In this document: positions 16,461-20,000 of the stretch, piece after piece
How positions within the stretch are numbered: position 1 is the stretch's first letter
Layout of the letters: each line of letters begins with the position of its first letter
Source of the DNA: an uncultured virus (IMG/VR IMGVR_UViG_3300037067_003729)
Taxonomy: Duplodnaviria; Heunggongvirae; Uroviricota; Caudoviricetes
Virus record (IMG/VR): IMGVR_UViG_3300037067_003729
Length of the DNA: 20,000 nucleotides
Strand: one strand, 5' to 3'
The notes under the pieces: generated by a model
Databases searched by the model: none
Told to the model about the DNA's origin: nothing
The model's input: only the letters and a program-made list of their open reading frames with translations
Position numbers and translations under genes: made by a program

Positions 16461-16529
16461 CTATAAACCCACACTGCCTACATTCCGCATATAATCAGCA
16501 TATACAGATACCACCATCCACAACAGCAT
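16461..16529 (-). CDS. Possible 22-aa leader peptide MLLWMVVSVYADYMRNVGSVGL
   Basis: GAGGGTG upstream of the ATG; stop abuts the next gene's leader motif. Very short, so uncertain. Confidence 0.3.
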   Translation of the reverse strand: MLLWMVVSVYADYMRNVGSVGL

Positions 16530-16558
16530 TACGCCACCCTCGGCTGTGTGAGTTTATT

Positions 16559-16860
16559 TGAGGAAGACGGGTTATCACCCCGCATGCAGCTTGTAACCTT
16601 TCGGTATCGGGAATTTAGTGGCACGCCCCCGACAAGCGACCCTACTTACTAAGGAACTTCCCCATGTCATAGTATTAGGTGGTAGGCAGCACTCTCTCTT
16701 ATCGAATAGGCTTTCTCCAGTTTCTATTCCTTTACAGGCCCGTCGGCTAAATCGGGTTTATCCTGCCAATGACCAGCAAGGTTTTAACCTTGTACATCGT
16801 AACCCATTGTTCGGTAAATTTGCTGCATTGTTACTCCGAAAGGACTTTTACTACCACCTA
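16559..16860 (-). ncRNA. Candidate ~300-nt two-domain structured RNA / 5' leader
   Basis: Begins at the predicted TSS of a TTGACA-17-TATACT promoter. Nested helices with G-U pairs only on the minus strand and an ACC-GAAA-GGU tetraloop; no convincing ORF. Confidence 0.6.
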
Positions 16861-16865
16861 TATAC

Positions 16866-16894
16866 AGTATAGTCCTATTTACGGTTGCTGTCAA
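16866..16894 (-). promoter_or_regulatory. Near-consensus sigma-A promoter TTGACA-17-TATACT (leftward)
   Basis: -35 at 16894-16889, -10 at 16871-16866. Confidence 0.85.
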
Positions 16895-16912
16895 TACCTA
16901 TAACGAACTATG

Positions 16913-16941
16913 TTGACTTATGTATTCCATTGTGGTAATAT
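16913..16941 (+). promoter_or_regulatory. Sigma-A promoter TTGACT-17-TAATAT with extended -10 TG (rightward)
   Basis: -35 at 16913-16918, TG at 16933-16934, -10 at 16936-16941; RBS GAGGTGA follows. Confidence 0.75.
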
Positions 16942-16960
16942 TAATGTGAGGTGATAGATA

Positions 16961-17263
16961 ATGAAAATAGCATTAAAAATAGATAATGGAAGCACGTTAT
17001 GGGTTAATGCTCACAGGGTATTTAAAAATGAATTTCCTAAACTTGAATTGTATCTTCATTACGGTGTAAACGCTGAAAATAAAAAAGATAGCGGCTTATA
17101 TGGCATTTCTACAAAAGACGGGTTTGGAGTTGTCCCGTACAATTCATTGACTGCATGGGGTATTGCAGGCCGTGTGGAATCTTTTATTTATAGGGTAGGT
17201 CAAGACAAAGTTATTGAAAGACATGAGGAAATGAGGGGAAAAGTTTTATGCCAGACTACATAA
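16961..17263 (+). CDS. Hypothetical phage protein
   Basis: RBS GAGGTGA; first gene after the promoter. Confidence 0.7.
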   Translation: MKIALKIDNGSTLWVNAHRVFKNEFPKLELYLHYGVNAENKKDSGLYGISTKDGFGVVPYNSLTAWGIAGRVESFIYRVGQDKVIERHEEMRGKVLCQTT

Positions 17264-17427
17264 AAGTACCTGATATTATGCGTATGTACGGCGTCGCAAA
17301 ATCAACTGTATATAATTGGATAGACTACGGTATGCCATCGTATAAAATGGGAGTGCTGCGCAGGTTCAAAGAAAATGAAGTAGACAACTGGATAAGGAAT
17401 GAACTGCCTAAGATTATGCAGAAATAG
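17248..17427 (+). CDS. Excisionase/AlpA-like winged HTH DNA-binding protein (59 aa, not in ORF track)
   Basis: MPDYIKVPDIMRMYGVAKSTVYNWIDYGMPSYKMGVLRRFKENEVDNWIRNELPKIMQK, a typical HTH_17/MerR-like pattern; RBS GAGGGG. Confidence 0.8.
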   Translation: MPDYIKVPDIMRMYGVAKSTVYNWIDYGMPSYKMGVLRRFKENEVDNWIRNELPKIMQK

Positions 17428-17459
17428 GCTATCTGAAGTCAATAGAATGGAGAAGCAAT

Positions 17460-17705
17460 ATGATACACAATCTGAAAACATGGCCTGAATATTTTGAACA
17501 GGTAGTTATAGGCACAAAGACATTTGAGATTCGCAAGAATGATGATAGGACATTTTCCGTAGGCGATATATTGAAATTGGAGGAATTTGACCCTGTAAAA
17601 CAAATGTACACCAGCAGAATATCTTTTGTAATAGTTACTTATATTCTTGCAGATAAACCATTTGTGCCAGATGGTTATGTGTGCATGGCTATTCACAAGT
17701 TGTAA
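17460..17705 (+). CDS. DUF3850 / ASCH-PUA-like domain protein
   Basis: HNLKTWPEYFEQV..GTKTFEIRKNDDR.F.VGD.L.L.E signature. Confidence 0.85.
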   Translation: MIHNLKTWPEYFEQVVIGTKTFEIRKNDDRTFSVGDILKLEEFDPVKQMYTSRISFVIVTYILADKPFVPDGYVCMAIHKL

Positions 17706-18061
17706 TACCGTAAGGAGGTAGGAAAGGAAGGAAAGTAAAATGACAAAGGTATATGGAGCGTCGGATGATTTAATAGAACTTGAAGGTTTCATAACGCATG
17801 AAATGGATTGCTACAATAAAGTAACAACATTCACATTTGATGATGGAACAAAGGCTAAGATTAAATATGGGAAGAAACACGAAGGTGAATCTATCGGAGT
17901 ATGGCAGATTGAAGTTATTGCCAAAGGAACTGGCTTTATTGAGTTGCAGGAATGCTTTGATGAAGACGGTAAGATTTATTCAGATGTACTTATATTGAAT
18001 AATTCTGTTACATCGTTTAACGCAATTAAACGGAAGTGTTCGGAGTAATACCGTAAGGAGG
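17702..18061 (+). repeat. 17-bp direct repeat GTAATACCGTAAGGAGG at gene junctions (17702-17718, 18045-18061)
   Basis: Read directly; each copy is a stop codon, TACCGT and an SD sequence. Confidence 0.9.
17740..18048 (+). CDS. Conserved hypothetical phage protein (VYGASDDLIE motif)
   Basis: ORF with a recurrent phage motif; purine-rich RBS region. Confidence 0.7.
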   Translation: MTKVYGASDDLIELEGFITHEMDCYNKVTTFTFDDGTKAKIKYGKKHEGESIGVWQIEVIAKGTGFIELQECFDEDGKIYSDVLILNNSVTSFNAIKRKCSE

Positions 18062-18070
18062 GGAAGGGAA

Positions 18071-18265
18071 ATGAACTGTGTTAATTGTCAATGGTTTAAT
18101 AGGCAAGAATCAAGATGCTGGGTTACTAAAAGAAAAATAAGACGTTTGAAATCGTATCCTCATCTGTTCAAAAAGTGTCCGCTTATCGTGAATGACGGAG
18201 ATATCAACATATTTGATAGGATTATTTCGCTGTATATTAAAATCCGGTTTGGAAAGGTTGAGTGA
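18071..18265 (+). CDS. Small Cys-containing hypothetical protein
   Basis: RBS AAGGAGG; CVNCQW...C...CP. Confidence 0.6.
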   Translation: MNCVNCQWFNRQESRCWVTKRKIRRLKSYPHLFKKCPLIVNDGDINIFDRIISLYIKIRFGKVE

Positions 18266-18524
18266 TACTATATCAGCTATTAAATTGCCGGAAACAGAGC
18301 ACAGCAAATTGCCATGGAAAGTAATAACATGGGGACAAGGCAACACAAGAATCGTAGATGCGAATGATGATTTACTGTATGGGGACATTGACAACGCTCC
18401 GTTTATCGTCGAAGCCTGCAATTCCCATGATGCATTAGTAGCGAGGGTGAAGGAGTTGGAAGATACCTTGCGCGACGTATATTTGCGTGTAGACAAGATG
18501 AGTGAGCAACTACTGAGCAAGTAA
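18258..18524 (+). CDS. Hypothetical phage protein (PW...NA.FI..A.N motif, Ead/Ea22-like)
   Basis: LPWKV...DNAPFIVEACNSHDALVARVKELE; start uncertain (TTG 18258 or ATG 18192). Confidence 0.5.
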   Translation: MSDTISAIKLPETEHSKLPWKVITWGQGNTRIVDANDDLLYGDIDNAPFIVEACNSHDALVARVKELEDTLRDVYLRVDKMSEQLLSK

Positions 18525-18588
18525 CCCACACCCTGGATACAGGGGTATAAGGGAATATAAAAAGTAGGTGAAGAAAGAAGGTGCCTAG

Positions 18589-18804
18589 ATGGTTGATATA
18601 CCAAAATGGGTTGATTGCGAAAAGTGCCATGCTATAATGTGTTTTTCATGTGCCGTAAAGCATCCCGAAAGCCCGTATATAAACTTCGGAGATAAGGGTA
18701 AGGACTGTGAGTATAACAAGGACGGGGTATGTACTGCACTTGCTTGTTATAACGTCCGATTATGTACTGCAAAAGACGAAAACGGGCATCCCCAATATGC
18801 GTAA
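18589..18804 (+). CDS. Cys-rich hypothetical protein
   Basis: Eight Cys including CEKC and CFSC; GAAGGTG RBS. Confidence 0.55.
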   Translation: MVDIPKWVDCEKCHAIMCFSCAVKHPESPYINFGDKGKDCEYNKDGVCTALACYNVRLCTAKDENGHPQYA

Positions 18805-18839
18805 TAGAAGGAAAATCCGTCATCCCATCCCCTTTTACC

Positions 18840-19067
18840 TTAACCGGTGAGGGGATTATTTTTGCCATTAAAATCTACTATAGCCATCTGTACATTCTTA
18901 CTAAACGTGACGATCTCAACGTCCGTCTCACCGGCCTTCATGAACCAAGCGTGAAAGCCTTCTGGCTCCGACCAGCGATATTGCATCTGCCAGACTTTCC
19001 AGCCGTTGGCGCGGAGCTTGGACAGGAAACGAGCGCATTTGTCCATGTCATTTACGATATAAGGCAT
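18840..19067 (-). CDS. Hypothetical protein (75 aa), solitary minus-strand gene
   Basis: RBS AGAAGG; possible promoter TTGAAC-17-TAGTAT (19140-19112). Confidence 0.6.
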   Translation of the reverse strand: MPYIVNDMDKCARFLSKLRANGWKVWQMQYRWSEPEGFHAWFMKAGETDVEIVTFSKNVQMAIVDFNGKNNPLTG

Positions 19068-19161
19068 ATAAACCTTCTTTTTATATAAAGTATTTAGTGT
19101 TTGATACCGATATACTATATGTAACCCGAATGAAGTTCAAGGGAAATGACAATAATTAAAG

Positions 19162-19196
19162 CATATTCGAATATGATAATGGTGAGTTGCTATAAT
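19162..19196 (+). promoter_or_regulatory. 14-bp palindrome CATATTCGAATATG (19162-19175) over the -35 region of an extended -10 promoter TGcTATAAT (19188-19196)
   Basis: Read directly; upstream of the antitoxin-PIN pair. Confidence 0.6.
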
Positions 19197-19241
19197 TAAC
19201 CAATATTATATTTGCAATATATGACAAGAGGTGATAGGGTT

Positions 19242-19484
19242 ATGGTTAATATAGAAAGTAACGTGAGTGAATTAAAATTAATAATAGGGGGAGCTGGAAA
19301 AATGGAAGCTGTAATTGATAATAGAGTGCTTACCATGAGTTCAGCAAAAGTTGAGACAGAATCTATTTGGGATGAATTGTGTGATTGGTGTACGTCTGAG
19401 GCTAAAAAAGCAGGTATAACAGAAAATTATTCTAATGATCTCTTGCTACAAGTGAGGAAATATCTTGATGAAAGCAGTCGTTGA
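19242..19484 (+). CDS. Putative antitoxin for the downstream PIN toxin
   Basis: Small gene overlapping the PIN gene; W.EL......AKKAGITE....LL..VR C-terminus. In-frame ATGs at 19242 (GAGGTGA) and 19302 (AGGGGGAG) both have an RBS. Confidence 0.6.
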   Translation: MVNIESNVSELKLIIGGAGKMEAVIDNRVLTMSSAKVETESIWDELCDWCTSEAKKAGITENYSNDLLLQVRKYLDESSR

Positions 19485-19950
19485 CACGAACGTGTTTGTG
19501 AATGCTATATTTCATGGTGACAAGTGGTCAAGAGAAGTACTAAACAGACACATGAACGAAGAAATAACAATTTCAATGAATAAGGAATGCCAGACTGAAC
19601 TTCTGGTGATTTTTCTTATTTTTGTTGCCGAAAAATTTAAAACAGATAAGCGACAACTATACAGATACTATGGAAAATTAACAGATGCTCTATGGACAAT
19701 GGAAAGAACGCCGTGCAAAACCAGAACTAAATATAGTATTGATAACGGAGATAATAAATTTATTAATTGTGCTATTGATAGTAATGCCGAATATATAGTT
19801 ACTTATAATAGTGATCATTTATGTGGATTTGAAGAACAGATAAAAAAGGATCACGGAGTAAACATAAAAGTCTTAACTCCATACAATTTTATTATAGAAG
19901 TAAATAAATTTCGATTTCGCGATACTGTTAATTCAAACAGAATAAGGTAA
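19468..19950 (+). CDS. PIN-domain (PIN_3 / VapC-like) putative toxin ribonuclease
   Basis: KAVVDTNVF, a TE in the first helix region, and DNGDNKFINCA....AEYIVTYN.DHL. Confidence 0.85.
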   Translation: MKAVVDTNVFVNAIFHGDKWSREVLNRHMNEEITISMNKECQTELLVIFLIFVAEKFKTDKRQLYRYYGKLTDALWTMERTPCKTRTKYSIDNGDNKFINCAIDSNAEYIVTYNSDHLCGFEEQIKKDHGVNIKVLTPYNFIIEVNKFRFRDTVNSNRIR

Positions 19951-19965
19951 ATTTAGCACCCATTC

Positions 19966-19992
19966 AAGCCCCCATCCGGGGCTTTTATTTTT
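19966..19992 (+). terminator. Intrinsic terminator after the PIN gene
   Basis: AAGCCCC-CATCC-GGGGCTT followed by TTATTTTT. Confidence 0.85.
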
Positions 19993-20000
19993 ACCCTGCT

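Noticed and set aside
16694..16770. SAM-I riboswitch-like start (CTCTTATCGA...ACAGGCCCG) on the plus strand
   Set aside because: No GCAACC or GUGC core and no closing GATAAG/GATGAG downstream; G-U pairs and the promoter indicate the minus strand.
16575..16850. Twister ribozyme or RNase P fragments (AAUGCAGC, GGUUACAAGC, AAAGUCC, GUGCCAC)
   Set aside because: The motifs are too far apart or in the wrong order, and the required flanking helices are missing.
16618..16872. 84-aa plus-strand ORF in the intergenic region
   Set aside because: No RBS, atypical composition, and it lies antisense to a promoter-driven structured leader.

Overview
Bacteriophage or prophage DNA. Strong AGGAGG/AGGTGA ribosome-binding sites and sigma-A-type promoters suggest a Firmicutes (probably Clostridia-like) host. 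Bases 1-15293 are a plus-strand late region: S/T/G-rich tail proteins, a six-repeat Kelch-like adhesin and its helical partner, a secreted HExxH moron, a LysM/coiled-coil protein and a 1768-aa probable internal virion protein, then a lysis cassette (XhlA-like, C39-like peptidase, holin). Three nonulosonic-acid genes are interleaved with the virion genes: a NeuD/PglD-like acetyltransferase, a short NeuB-family synthase and a Maf (DUF115) flagellin-type glycosyltransferase. Together they suggest phage-encoded sialic-acid-like protein glycosylation. Bases 15312-19950 hold two divergent operons of small genes, including unlisted Lar-like and excisionase-like ORFs. They are driven by back-to-back promoters, and the leftward one starts with an ~300-nt highly structured non-coding leader. 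The window ends with a PIN toxin-antitoxin-like pair. All family calls come from motif recognition by eye; no database searches were run.
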